Assembly: GCA_043778625.1 (NCBI GenBank)
Contig: JAYWFU010000031.1
Coordinates: forward strand, 14,616 to 78,615
Length of the DNA stretch: 64,000 bases
Direction: 5' to 3'
DNA from: Bacteroidia bacterium
GTDB taxonomy: Bacteria > Bacteroidota > Bacteroidia > UBA4408
Below the pieces are notes generated by a model, which saw only the letters and a program-made list of their open reading frames with translations, had not been told where the DNA came from and ran no database searches. Numbering within the stretch: the first letter of the stretch is position 1; each line of letters starts with the position of its first letter. Made by a program: the position numbers and the translations under genes. Below are positions 18,096-27,868 of the stretch, one piece after another.

Positions 18096-19538
18096 TTAGT
18101 ATTCAATTTTTAATTGATTTACATGTTCACGAACCGTTTTTTTCACTTTTGTAGAATTGACAAGAGTTATATTTTTTTCTTTTTTAACATCTAAATTATC
18201 TAAGTAGCCATTAATTTCAGCTAAATTAGTTGTTAATACTAAGTTACTATTTGTTTTCCAAGTATCTTGTAGTGCTACAAACGTAGTGGCTTTAACTTTT
18301 CGTTTAAATTCATCCATATACACTTCATACTCTTTAGCCAAGTATAAACTTTCGTGAGGTACTGAGCTCACCACTATTGGTGAATGTGTATTAATAATTA
18401 CTTGGCGCAACGGATTATCTTCATCCACCTCATAATCAGTATCGGTAGCCATTCCTTCAAGTAGTTCAATCATTTCATTAATTTTTTTTGGATTGATTCC
18501 GTTCTCAGGTTCTTCCAAACAAATTAATCCACTACCCATATTATCTTGTTCAATTATTGCTAAAGCCAAGAAGCGTAATGTGCCGTCCGATAACGATTGC
18601 GCAGGCAATACTAAGCCGTCTTTAAATGTTAATTGAAGCGTGAGCAAGTCTCTCTTATCATCTTTATCAACCGACACATAACTTACATTACTAATTAATT
18701 CTTTTAATTTGTTAGTGAGCGTTTGATATGTTCTACCTTGTTCTTTTTCTACTGATTGTAAGCGAAACAAAGTGGCAGGTAAGTTTGCACCATTTGCTTG
18801 TATTTCAGCATTTTTTATTTCGTAAGTTGAGTTTGGATTACGCAATGCACTTGGCTCAAATTGTAACATCATCCAATTACGCATTTCTTGTCGTGCCAAA
18901 AATGCTGTGGGAGTAACCGAGTCTGCTTTTGACAACAACGTACGAGGCATTTTTTTTGCGAAAAATTTAGTTGTACTGCCTTGATTACGATCTTGGTGTA
19001 GTCTTAACTTATCTCCCTCTGTAGAAATAAACGGTGTACCAGTACCTCTACCCAAAAAAACTGAGTCTTTCCACTCTTTTTTATGATTAAAATAAATATT
19101 TTTTCGTGCCTCCCTTGATTTGATAGGAATTAACTCTTCTTTTATTATTTCAATAGGTTCTTTATCATTATCATATAAATTCAAATTAAGTTCTAGCGTA
19201 TATTTTAAGCTCGTTGTTGTAGCCTTCGATTTTTGCCCCAAATCATCTTCTGCTTCTTGAGGAACAATCATATCTACTTCAAACTTCATGGTAGTTAAAT
19301 ACTCATCTCCATTTTTAAAGAAAATATCTTTAAAATTAGCGTGTTTTTGGTTTTCGCTTCTTACTGATTTAGCTGCCTCTAAAATTGTTTTATCTGATAG
19401 TTGAGATAAAAACATAAGAGCATCAAAAAAATTAGATTTACCCACGGCATTTGCTCCTGCAATGCACGTAAATGGTCCAAAATATAGTTCGGTATCCAAC
19501 AGGCTTTTAAATCCGTTTATTTTTATCCGTGTAATCAT
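18096..19538 (-). CDS. ABC/SMC-like AAA ATPase (AAA_15/AAA_21 type, OLD/AriA/AbiL-like)
   Basis: MITRIKINGFKSL N-terminus, Walker A GANAVGKS (19434-19457), signature-like LSDGTLRFLALA, Walker B LICLEEPENGINP and H-loop INTHSP. A long insertion separates Walker A from the signature. Confidence 0.85.
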   Translation of the reverse strand: MITRIKINGFKSLLDTELYFGPFTCIAGANAVGKSNFFDALMFLSQLSDKTILEAAKSVRSENQKHANFKDIFFKNGDEYLTTMKFEVDMIVPQEAEDDLGQKSKATTTSLKYTLELNLNLYDNDKEPIEIIKEELIPIKSREARKNIYFNHKKEWKDSVFLGRGTGTPFISTEGDKLRLHQDRNQGSTTKFFAKKMPRTLLSKADSVTPTAFLARQEMRNWMMLQFEPSALRNPNSTYEIKNAEIQANGANLPATLFRLQSVEKEQGRTYQTLTNKLKELISNVSYVSVDKDDKRDLLTLQLTFKDGLVLPAQSLSDGTLRFLALAIIEQDNMGSGLICLEEPENGINPKKINEMIELLEGMATDTDYEVDEDNPLRQVIINTHSPIVVSSVPHESLYLAKEYEVYMDEFKRKVKATTFVALQDTWKTNSNLVLTTNLAEINGYLDNLDVKKEKNITLVNSTKVKKTVREHVNQLKIEY

Positions 19539-19543
19539 TTATT

Positions 19544-20053
19544 TTATACTTTTTCTGTAGTTAAGTATTTCCCCAACCAAGTGTTACGTGCAGCTACTTG
19601 CCAAGCATTAGTTAGTTGTGCTAATGCGCTTATTGTATTGTCAAACACTAGGGTTGATGCACTAATAGTACCGTTGGCTATGAGCTGCTCGGCTTGCGTA
19701 AATTTAAAATTCGCTACCGTATTGTTAGCTGTTAGGTAGTACACAAGGCTACGATCAGTTAATGTTATTTGTAAGTTGGTTTCTAATTGTTTAATTACCC
19801 GTACCGATGCATCAATGCTACAACCACTGGCTTGGCTTAATTGTTCGTCTACCGCTATTAGTATAAATTGTTGATGCTCAAGCGTATAGCTTGCTTTAAG
19901 TTCGTTGCCATGTGCTTTCCAACCGTTTACAAATGTGGTTAGTGTGTTGTGCAGTACTTGAGTTTGCGCAACCGTAAATGGCTGTGTACTAGCGTATATC
20001 CACAAGCGTGAGCTAGGTGCTAGGGTAGCAAAGTTAGTGGGTAGAGTAATCAT
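19544..20053 (-). CDS. conserved Bacteroidota hypothetical protein (family often mislabelled ABC transporter ATPase)
   Basis: The pattern SRLWIY...W.AHG..L.A...FILIAVDE...ASGCSIDASV is recognised from memory only. Confidence 0.55.
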   Translation of the reverse strand: MITLPTNFATLAPSSRLWIYASTQPFTVAQTQVLHNTLTTFVNGWKAHGNELKASYTLEHQQFILIAVDEQLSQASGCSIDASVRVIKQLETNLQITLTDRSLVYYLTANNTVANFKFTQAEQLIANGTISASTLVFDNTISALAQLTNAWQVAARNTWLGKYLTTEKV

Positions 20054-20143
20054 GGGAGCTATTTAATTTTAAACTCAAATTTACTACGATAATTGAGTTA
20101 TTTAGTATTTTTTGTTAGCCACTAATTAACAACTGTTATAGGG

Positions 20144-21568
20144 TTATTTGCCCAACAAATTTAATACCTGTTGCATACACGCATCGTGGGTAGTGCTGAG
20201 TAAAGTTAAATTTTCATTTACTATATAACTAGGTTGCACGCCACGCCCATAATTGGTTTGGGGCAATATATTATTTACCTGATACAGCGGCAACCGCAGT
20301 TGTATTTTGGTGTTGGGGGCTTGCACCATAGGCATTGTAAATGCGTTGCAACCATTTTCGGTTCCGCCAGTTTCTTGCCCAATAATGGTAGCTCGGTTAT
20401 AACGTTTTAAATATGCCGCTACTATTACCGATGCCGAAAAACTTCCGCCATTAACCAGTACAAACACTTTGCCTGTGTAATTATTATTTTTTGCTTTTTT
20501 AATAGGTAAGTAGGCATAATAGATGCTATCAACTGTTTTGTGTTTAGTGTAATTTAAAAACTTAGCTGATAATATAATGCCAAACTTATCTTTCATGTAG
20601 CCGTAGTAGGGTATTATTTTATTATTGCGATTAGCTTCAATAACAGTATTGTTGGGCAATAAATAGCTTAATAATTTTATAGCAGTAAGTACCTGCCCGC
20701 CTCCATTATTGCGTAAATCAAGCACTAGGTTAGGGGTGTGTTTATTGGCAAGTTGGTTAAATGTAGTGGTTAAAAACTTACGTTGTTTAAATGATGCAAA
20801 CGAATTCAAATCAATAATTGCAATGCTATCGTGTAGGTAGGTTAATGTTTCTTCGCTTTCGTTTTTAGTCTTATTTGTTTTAGCAACAACACAGGTAACG
20901 GTATGTTTAATGGTACTGCCTTTTAGGGCATTAATAGTAATAATTTGTATAGTTGCACTATCCACTAATCCCCTGTAATAACGTGCAAAGTTTTGGTTAA
21001 TTATGTTTTCTTTTCCAGTTGTAATACTACCATCGGCGGTAATAAAACTATTCATAGCTAAGAGTATATCGTGCGCTGAATGCTTGTTAATACTAGTTAT
21101 TTCGTCCAATGGTTTTATAGTACTATCGGTACTATTGTTTTTAATTACATACAATTTTTGGTTGTTGGTAACAATATCTAACGGTAATAATTTATAGGGG
21201 TGTTTAACTAAATATTTAGTAGTACTGGGGTTAAATAATGTGGCGGTATGCCCACATTTTATTTTTTCAATAGGGCGTTCGAGCAATATTCTAAACTGTC
21301 GTTCGGTCATACTATCCGCTATTTGTGTGCGGTAGTAATTAAACCAGTAGTGCATACTATCGGCGGTGGTGTAGCGTGTTAGCCCAGGGTGGCATTTGGT
21401 AAGTATGGCTTGCATGAAGTTATAATCCTGCACCAAATCGTTTTTAGCATAGTACTTATTGCTAGGGTCGTGCTGTTGTGCAATGCTAAGTTGTGTGGTT
21501 AGTAATAACAAAAAAAACACAAACAATTGTTTGTGTTTTAATATAACGTTGCGCATAGTGTAGTACAT
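20144..21568 (-). CDS. S41 family peptidase
   Basis: Signal peptide, then LVLDLRNNGGGQV and VLVNGGSFSASV (nucleophile Ser region). Confidence 0.8.
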   Translation of the reverse strand: MYYTMRNVILKHKQLFVFFLLLLTTQLSIAQQHDPSNKYYAKNDLVQDYNFMQAILTKCHPGLTRYTTADSMHYWFNYYRTQIADSMTERQFRILLERPIEKIKCGHTATLFNPSTTKYLVKHPYKLLPLDIVTNNQKLYVIKNNSTDSTIKPLDEITSINKHSAHDILLAMNSFITADGSITTGKENIINQNFARYYRGLVDSATIQIITINALKGSTIKHTVTCVVAKTNKTKNESEETLTYLHDSIAIIDLNSFASFKQRKFLTTTFNQLANKHTPNLVLDLRNNGGGQVLTAIKLLSYLLPNNTVIEANRNNKIIPYYGYMKDKFGIILSAKFLNYTKHKTVDSIYYAYLPIKKAKNNNYTGKVFVLVNGGSFSASVIVAAYLKRYNRATIIGQETGGTENGCNAFTMPMVQAPNTKIQLRLPLYQVNNILPQTNYGRGVQPSYIVNENLTLLSTTHDACMQQVLNLLGK

Positions 21569-21575
21569 AAAGCAA

Positions 21576-22904
21576 TTAATTATTAAACCCTAGTAAGCGC
21601 ATAATATCATTAATATTACCCAGCAACATTAAGCCTAATAGCATAACCATACCTACTACTTGTGCATATTCCAAAAACTTTTCGTTAGGCTTACGGCGTG
21701 TAATTATTTCGTATAACGTAAACATTACGTGTCCACCATCTAAAGCGGGTATGGGTAGTATATTCATTATAGCTAATACTATTGATAAAAATGCGGTAAA
21801 CCCCCAAAACACTTGCCAGTCCCAGTTGGCCGAAAATGCACTGCCCAACATAATAAATCCGCCTACTTGTTTGTAGCCTTTTACCTCAGGGTTAAATAAT
21901 ATTTTAAACTGACGAATGTAGTTGCTAAACGTTTGGCCTGCATGGTGGTAACCTGCTGGAATACTTGCTAGTAGGGAGTACTCCACTTTTTTTGTTTTAA
22001 AATAACTTAACACATTTACTGGTGCAATGCCTAACTTGCCACTTTCGGGTACATTAACTTTTACATTAACTGCTGCACCGTTACGCAGTACATTAATAGT
22101 GGCTACTTTACTTTTGTGCAATTGCAATTGCGCTACTACATTGTTAAAATATTCGGCACCCACACTATCAACACCCACTATTTTGTCGCCTTTAAGTAAT
22201 CCCGCTTTTTGCCCCACACTACCAGGTACAAAATCGCCTACTACAAATGGAAAGCGAGGAATAATAAATTGGTCTTTACTCTTAATTAATTTGGCTAAGT
22301 AAGTGCGTGGTAGGTCTAGTACCATTATTTTACCTTCACGTTCTATTTCTAGCGTGCGTGCTTGGTTCAGTATCATTTCTTTGGGTATATCAAAGTGGCT
22401 TTCAATGGTGTTACCCTCTACTTTTAAAATTTTATCGCCATCTTTCAAACCTATTTCCGCAGCCAAGCTATCCGCTGCAATACCATAAGTTACGTTAGCC
22501 GAAGGTAAAATTTCGTCGCCCCAATAAAATGCAATACCCGCATAAATTAATATGCCCAATAGCGCATTAACTGTAACACCGCCAAGCATTATTATTAAGC
22601 GTTGCCATGCAGGCTTGCTCCTAAATTCCCACGGTTGAGGTTCTTGTTTTAATTGCTCGGTATCCATACTTTCGTCTATCATACCTGCAATTTTAACATA
22701 ACCCCCTAATGGCAACCAACCCATACCGTATTCGGTTTCGCCTTTTTTAATTTTAAAAATTGAAAAATAAGGGTCAAAAAACAAGTAAAATTTTTCGATA
22801 CGGCAACCAAATAGTTTAGCGGGTATAAAATGCCCTAGCTCGTGTAGGGTTACTAATATTGATAAACTTAATATAAATTGTGCGGCTTTAATAAGTATTT
22901 CCAT
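21576..22904 (-). CDS. rseP: RIP metalloprotease RseP (site-2 protease)
   Basis: HELGH zinc motif in the first TM, two PDZ-like regions, and C-terminal NILPIPALDGGH. Confidence 0.9.
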   Translation of the reverse strand: MEILIKAAQFILSLSILVTLHELGHFIPAKLFGCRIEKFYLFFDPYFSIFKIKKGETEYGMGWLPLGGYVKIAGMIDESMDTEQLKQEPQPWEFRSKPAWQRLIIMLGGVTVNALLGILIYAGIAFYWGDEILPSANVTYGIAADSLAAEIGLKDGDKILKVEGNTIESHFDIPKEMILNQARTLEIEREGKIMVLDLPRTYLAKLIKSKDQFIIPRFPFVVGDFVPGSVGQKAGLLKGDKIVGVDSVGAEYFNNVVAQLQLHKSKVATINVLRNGAAVNVKVNVPESGKLGIAPVNVLSYFKTKKVEYSLLASIPAGYHHAGQTFSNYIRQFKILFNPEVKGYKQVGGFIMLGSAFSANWDWQVFWGFTAFLSIVLAIMNILPIPALDGGHVMFTLYEIITRRKPNEKFLEYAQVVGMVMLLGLMLLGNINDIMRLLGFNN

Positions 22905-22995
22905 AAGCTGATAGTGGTGTAATTAATGTGTTAAATGTAATGCAGTGCAAAACTAGTAAGTTTAATTTACAATAGATAATTGATTTTAAAATCGG

Positions 22996-23934
22996 TTACT
23001 TAGTATAAGGCGTTAAATCACTGTCTTTTAAATTAATGTGGCTAAATTTCTTTTTAACTATCCCGTTGTCTAATGCCATAATTACGGGCACTTCAGGGCC
23101 ACTTAGCTTTACAAAGTTGTTAGTATTATAGTGCAGGTGTGGTACATCTTCGGCTTTGGTTTCCGCCCAAAACGGAGCTAAATATTCTTGCTTACCTGTT
23201 AGTACCAATAGCATACTCCAGTTTGGGTGTTGGTTGTGCATAATGTGGAGCTTAAAGGCAGCTATTTTGCAATGTGGGCAAGTAGCGCTTACAAAGGCTA
23301 CAATATGTTTACCTAGTTTTAATTTATCAATAGTAGGTTGATTGTTGTGTTCCTTATCACTAAGTAGCTCCAGCGGTAGCGTGTAGTTGGCTTTGCCTTC
23401 GGTGATGTATTGTGCCATGTAAAAATCAGGCGGATTAAGTATAAATGGTAACGCTGCACACCCTGCAATACTTACTATCCACACCGCAATGGTATAGCGC
23501 CACTGCACCACCACATTCATATACCATAACATGGCGGTAATGCCCATCATTGCTATATTTTTGAGGATAGATTGTAGCGGTGTCATTTCCAAATAAGTAC
23601 CAAAACAACCGCAGTTGCCCGTATTGCCGTCTTTTATTAGCGCATACACTAAGTAAAGCGTAAAAAATAATAACACGCCCATTACAGCTTTTAGCGTAAA
23701 CTCACGGTGCTTAAATTGTAGTATTAACAGTAATCCTACGCCAAGTTCTAACCCAATAAGCAGGCGGGCTACAATAGGCGCAGTAAACCAGTTAGCAATA
23801 CCTACATCAATAAAATTAAGTTCAAAAGGCTCAATAGGGTATAGCTTAACATAGCCCGAAAATATAAATACTATACCTAATAGTACAGCGGTAATAAAAT
23901 AAATAATACGTGTAACCGTTGGATTGTGTTCCAT
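22996..23934 (-). CDS. MauE/DoxX-family membrane protein fused to a thioredoxin-like domain
   Basis: Four to five TM helices with a GNCGCFG motif. The C-terminal domain carries a CPHC redox motif. Confidence 0.7.
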   Translation of the reverse strand: MEHNPTVTRIIYFITAVLLGIVFIFSGYVKLYPIEPFELNFIDVGIANWFTAPIVARLLIGLELGVGLLLILQFKHREFTLKAVMGVLLFFTLYLVYALIKDGNTGNCGCFGTYLEMTPLQSILKNIAMMGITAMLWYMNVVVQWRYTIAVWIVSIAGCAALPFILNPPDFYMAQYITEGKANYTLPLELLSDKEHNNQPTIDKLKLGKHIVAFVSATCPHCKIAAFKLHIMHNQHPNWSMLLVLTGKQEYLAPFWAETKAEDVPHLHYNTNNFVKLSGPEVPVIMALDNGIVKKKFSHINLKDSDLTPYTK

Positions 23935-23948
23935 AATTTAATTAGAAC

Positions 23949-24824
23949 TTAGTAATTACGAAACCTACCCCACACGCCTAACGGTAACTTTAAATCGGAA
24001 GTGCTTTGTAAATACAGCTCGCCAGTTTGCAAGTTTTTACCTGCTTTTTTCTTTAATAAGTTTTCCAATATAATGCTCGAAAACCCTAACGAATAGGCGT
24101 TAAGTATTAAAAAATGTTTAGGTGCAAGTAGTTGCAATACCAACTCAATAAGTTCGGTAATGTTGTCTTCCAATATCCATTTTTCGCCATTAGCGCCGTG
24201 TCCAAATGCAGGCGGATCTAGTATTATTCCGTTGTAAGTATTGCCACGTTTTACTTCGCGGCGAGCAAATTTTAGTGCGTCTTCTACCGTCCAGCGTATG
24301 TTGTTAAGCCCACTATTTACCATGTTTTCATTGGCCCAATTTACTACTTGCTTAATACTATCCACGTGCGTAACATCAGCTCCTGCTGCACAAGCCGCAA
24401 TACTTGCAGCACCAGTGTAGGCAAATAGGTTAAGAAACTTAGGTTGTGGCACATTAAGGTCGTTAATGCTATTGGTTATGTAGTCCCAATTTACGGCTTG
24501 TTCGGGGAACAAGCCTACGTGCTTAAACGATGTAAGCCCTAGTCTAAACGTAAGTTGCTTGGCGTTTTTGCTATTGGCAGTGTAATTAATTCGCCATTGG
24601 TCGGGGCAATTTTTTAGCTTGCGCCACGTGCCCTGCGAACTCGATTTTGCCTCAAACTTTAAGTGTGCCTTACGTTCCCATTCCGCTTTAGATAATTGCG
24701 CATTCCACACGGCTTGTGGCTCGGGGCGTATTGTTATGTAGTTGCCCCAGCGTTCGAGTTTTTCAAAATTGCCACAGTCTATTAATTCGTAATCGGTAAA
24801 GTTTTGAGGGCAGAGTAATTGCAT
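23949..24824 (-). CDS. class I SAM-dependent methyltransferase (RlmI/RlmK-like)
   Basis: LNLFAYTGAASIAACAAGA...ILDPPAFG motifs. Confidence 0.8.
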   Translation of the reverse strand: MQLLCPQNFTDYELIDCGNFEKLERWGNYITIRPEPQAVWNAQLSKAEWERKAHLKFEAKSSSQGTWRKLKNCPDQWRINYTANSKNAKQLTFRLGLTSFKHVGLFPEQAVNWDYITNSINDLNVPQPKFLNLFAYTGAASIAACAAGADVTHVDSIKQVVNWANENMVNSGLNNIRWTVEDALKFARREVKRGNTYNGIILDPPAFGHGANGEKWILEDNITELIELVLQLLAPKHFLILNAYSLGFSSIILENLLKKKAGKNLQTGELYLQSTSDLKLPLGVWGRFRNY

Positions 24825-24867
24825 AAATAATATTGAGAAAAAAATAATTTAAAAAAAATAGGTGTGC

Positions 24868-25959
24868 CTAGCCTTGTTTTTTGCGTGTTTTGTTAATATC
24901 AAATTTTAACGAAAACACATTAGAGTAAATGGCGGTAGATGAATTGCCGATGTCAGTAAAAGCATAATCAATACATATACTCCTAAACTTTAACCCCAAA
25001 CCTACATTAGGCTGAAAGGTAGTTATACTACGTTGCAAAATATCTTTTTGTTGCGTTATGTTGCCCGCTCCTGCTCGTATATACACCAAATTATATACAT
25101 TAAGTTCGAGGCCTGCGTGGGGGTCAATACTTATGCCGTTGGTTTTAATGGGTACGTTACGCTTACCATCGGTGGTAATATCAGCATTTACTTCAGCCAA
25201 CAAATTAAAATTTTTGTGTAGTTTGATGTTACGCGCCGCTCCTAACAAAAAACGAGGTAAAGTTATCTCGCCTGAATTGGTAGGTATTTCGTTACCTGTA
25301 CGCTTAAATGCTTCTATTGTTTTTTCATCTAACGTAATATTCCAAGCATTAAATGTGGTAGTAATATCGCGTGCCGTAACGCCAAATTGCCACTGCTTGC
25401 GCTTATATTGCACCCCTGCATCAATACCAAAACCCCAACTATTAGCAAACTTGCCAATAACTCGGCGCACTACTTTGGCTGTGCCCCCCACGGTTAAACC
25501 AGGTATTTTAAGTGTGCGTGCATACGATCCCATAAATGCATAATCAGCCGCCGAAAACGAACTAATTCTATTATAATCAATATTGCCATTAGCATCAATT
25601 AATTCGGTAGTGTTGGGTATATTATCTACCCCAAAACGAACTACTGACAGGGCAACAATACTGTTGCTATCAATACGTTTGGCTAGTGCGCCGTAGTCGT
25701 ATTTGGCTATACCTGCAAAGTATTCGGCGTGCATTAAGGCTAGTTGTGGAGTAGTACTTACACCACTTAACCCAGCTGGGTTCCAGTAACCGCTTGTAAC
25801 GTCGTTTACACTAGCTACTTGGCTACCGCTCATACCAAGGGCTCTGGCACCAACGCCTATTTGCAAAAATTCGTTACTGTACTTAGGAGCTTGCGCTAAT
25901 GCCCTGTTGCTTACTAATGCGCACAGTGCTATAAAAAGTAGATGAAATAGTGGTTTCAT
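24868..25959 (-). CDS. PorV/PorQ family outer-membrane beta-barrel protein (T9SS-associated)
   Basis: Signal peptide, N-terminal FLQIGVGARALGMSGSQVA...WNPAGL, and alternating beta-strand patterns ending in F. Confidence 0.65.
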   Translation of the reverse strand: MKPLFHLLFIALCALVSNRALAQAPKYSNEFLQIGVGARALGMSGSQVASVNDVTSGYWNPAGLSGVSTTPQLALMHAEYFAGIAKYDYGALAKRIDSNSIVALSVVRFGVDNIPNTTELIDANGNIDYNRISSFSAADYAFMGSYARTLKIPGLTVGGTAKVVRRVIGKFANSWGFGIDAGVQYKRKQWQFGVTARDITTTFNAWNITLDEKTIEAFKRTGNEIPTNSGEITLPRFLLGAARNIKLHKNFNLLAEVNADITTDGKRNVPIKTNGISIDPHAGLELNVYNLVYIRAGAGNITQQKDILQRSITTFQPNVGLGLKFRSICIDYAFTDIGNSSTAIYSNVFSLKFDINKTRKKQG

Positions 25960-26067
25960 TAAAATAATTAAAAAAATAGTTAGACAATAGTTTTTAAACT
26001 ATTATGCTAACACGAAAATAGGTTTTTTATTACAAAATGGCGTAATTATTAAATGTGGAGCTAGGTA

Positions 26068-26931
26068 CTAAATTTTTGTTGCCACTACAAAGCGGTGCTT
26101 TTGGTGCAGGTCGTTAATTATTTGTACGTTGCCAAAACCTAATTGCACAAATAGTTGTGCCGTTGCTTCACCAAGGGTTTCATTAATTTCAACGGCTACT
26201 AACCCTTGTGGTTTTAAGGTATTATGCGCCATGCTGGCTATGACTTTGTAAAATAGTAATGGGTTGCTGTTAGGCACAAACAGTGCGCTGTGTGGCTCAT
26301 AACTAAGCACGTTAGTGTGCATGGTTTGTTTTTCGGACTCTAACACATAAGGGGGGTTGCTTACCACTACGTCGTACATTGGCCACGTGTGTTGTTGCCA
26401 TTGCAATATGTCGGATTGTAATAGTGTTACTTCGCAATTATTTGCAGTGGCGTTATGTTGCGCCACTAACAAAGCTTGCGCACTTATGTCGCATAGGGTA
26501 ACTGTACTGTTGGATAATTCGTGCTTAATACTAATGCCTATGCAACCTGTGCCTGTGCCTATGTCAATAATGTTGAGAGAATTAGTTTTATTTGAGTATT
26601 TATTTAAGATATAGGCCACTAACTCCTCAGTTTCGGGTCTTGGGATTAAAGTGTGTTGGTTTACGTTAAATTTTAAATCAAAAAACCATTCATAACCAAT
26701 TATGTATTGTAGCGGTGTGTGCATTAATAGCTTTGCTATGGCTGCATTATAGCTATTAATTTGGCTTTCAGTTACACGGTAATTAGGTTCAGTTAATTGT
26801 TGAGTTTTGGTAAGCTGCGTAATGTACGTAGTAAGTGGCATAAATAACTGTACAAGCTCAGCGGGTGAGTAATTTGCGCTTAACTGTGTTACAAAATAGT
26901 TACGTAGTGTGCTTAGGTTATTGTTGTGCAT
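26068..26931 (-). CDS. prmC: release factor glutamine N5-methyltransferase PrmC
   Basis: PRPETE, IIDIGTGTGCIG and VVSNPPYV motifs. Confidence 0.9.
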   Translation of the reverse strand: MHNNNLSTLRNYFVTQLSANYSPAELVQLFMPLTTYITQLTKTQQLTEPNYRVTESQINSYNAAIAKLLMHTPLQYIIGYEWFFDLKFNVNQHTLIPRPETEELVAYILNKYSNKTNSLNIIDIGTGTGCIGISIKHELSNSTVTLCDISAQALLVAQHNATANNCEVTLLQSDILQWQQHTWPMYDVVVSNPPYVLESEKQTMHTNVLSYEPHSALFVPNSNPLLFYKVIASMAHNTLKPQGLVAVEINETLGEATAQLFVQLGFGNVQIINDLHQKHRFVVATKI

Positions 26932-27109
26932 TGGGTGAAATGTCTAGTACAGAATATATAGTGCAATTATAATAAACATTATCTCAAATTGTTACAAAAC
27001 ACGTGTATAGCAATTGATTCCACAGCGTATTCAAACTATTCTATATTAATTAAAATAAAAACCGTTTAACTTAGTTATAGTAGGTGTACTAACCCTAAAA
27101 CTACACCTC

Positions 27110-27703
27110 ATGTTAAACAAAAACAAACTTCCGTTATTAATAATTATTGTAATGTGTGTAGAGTTAATGATATACCTATGGGCTGTTGGCACTACCGAAA
27201 CAAGTGTAGTTTTTGATAAATGTGCGCGAAATTCGGGAAGGGTATCTTCATTTTTTAATGTAGCTATATTAGGAATGATTGGTTTTTATGGGCTTAAAAA
27301 TTGTTATACTAATACTACTAAAAAAGATGCCTTGGCTGTTTTAATTACTTTATTTGCCGTTAATCATTTAATTCATTTTTTTTATGTGTATCAAAATTTT
27401 ATGCATCACGCACATCTATTAATTGTTTGGGATAATAAGCACGGCTTTGTTACCTTTATTGGTATAGTAACTATTCCTATAGTAGTGTGGCGTGTTAAAC
27501 AATTAAATGGCCTACTGTATTTTACTATTATTGCACACCTATTTAACGTTAGTTATTTTATTATAAAAACATTTCACTCCAAAATAAAACCTGAGCACCC
27601 TGCCTATCACAATCAATTAGGTATTGTAGTTACAAGTGCCGCACTTATGTATGTTTTATACGGCATTATTAAGCATCACAATAAATTAAGTACAACTCGT
27701 TAA
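27110..27703 (+). CDS. hypothetical polytopic membrane protein
   Basis: 197 aa with about six hydrophobic helices. It lies inside the cassette bounded by the duplicated prmC 5' ends. No family recognised. Confidence 0.5.
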   Translation: MLNKNKLPLLIIIVMCVELMIYLWAVGTTETSVVFDKCARNSGRVSSFFNVAILGMIGFYGLKNCYTNTTKKDALAVLITLFAVNHLIHFFYVYQNFMHHAHLLIVWDNKHGFVTFIGIVTIPIVVWRVKQLNGLLYFTIIAHLFNVSYFIIKTFHSKIKPEHPAYHNQLGIVVTSAALMYVLYGIIKHHNKLSTTR

Positions 27704-27805
27704 TGCATACATCAATTATTCGTAGCTTTTGTTATACACAATTATTTAATTGTGTTAGAGCTATAGTAGCCCTGTGCCAAACGTGGCAACAATTACCTAA
27801 TTACT

Positions 27806-27866
27806 ATGCGCTAAGCTATATTATAAAATAATTACGAAGAATACTTAAGTTATTGTTGTGCATTGG
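27806..27866 (-). pseudogene. decayed duplicate of the prmC 5' end (first ~20 codons)
   Basis: The minus strand reads ATG CAC AAC AAT AAC TTA AGT ATT CTT CGT AAT TAT TTT ATA ATA TAG, giving MHNNNLSILRNYFII*. Genuine prmC starts MHNNNLSTLRNYFVTQ. The nucleotide alignment to 26874-26934 spans about 61 nt with about 13 mismatches. Confidence 0.75.
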
Positions 27867-27868
27867 TC

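Noticed and set aside
25058-25543. 161-aa plus-strand ORF
   Set aside because: It is antisense within the PorV/PorQ-like barrel gene and has no independent support.
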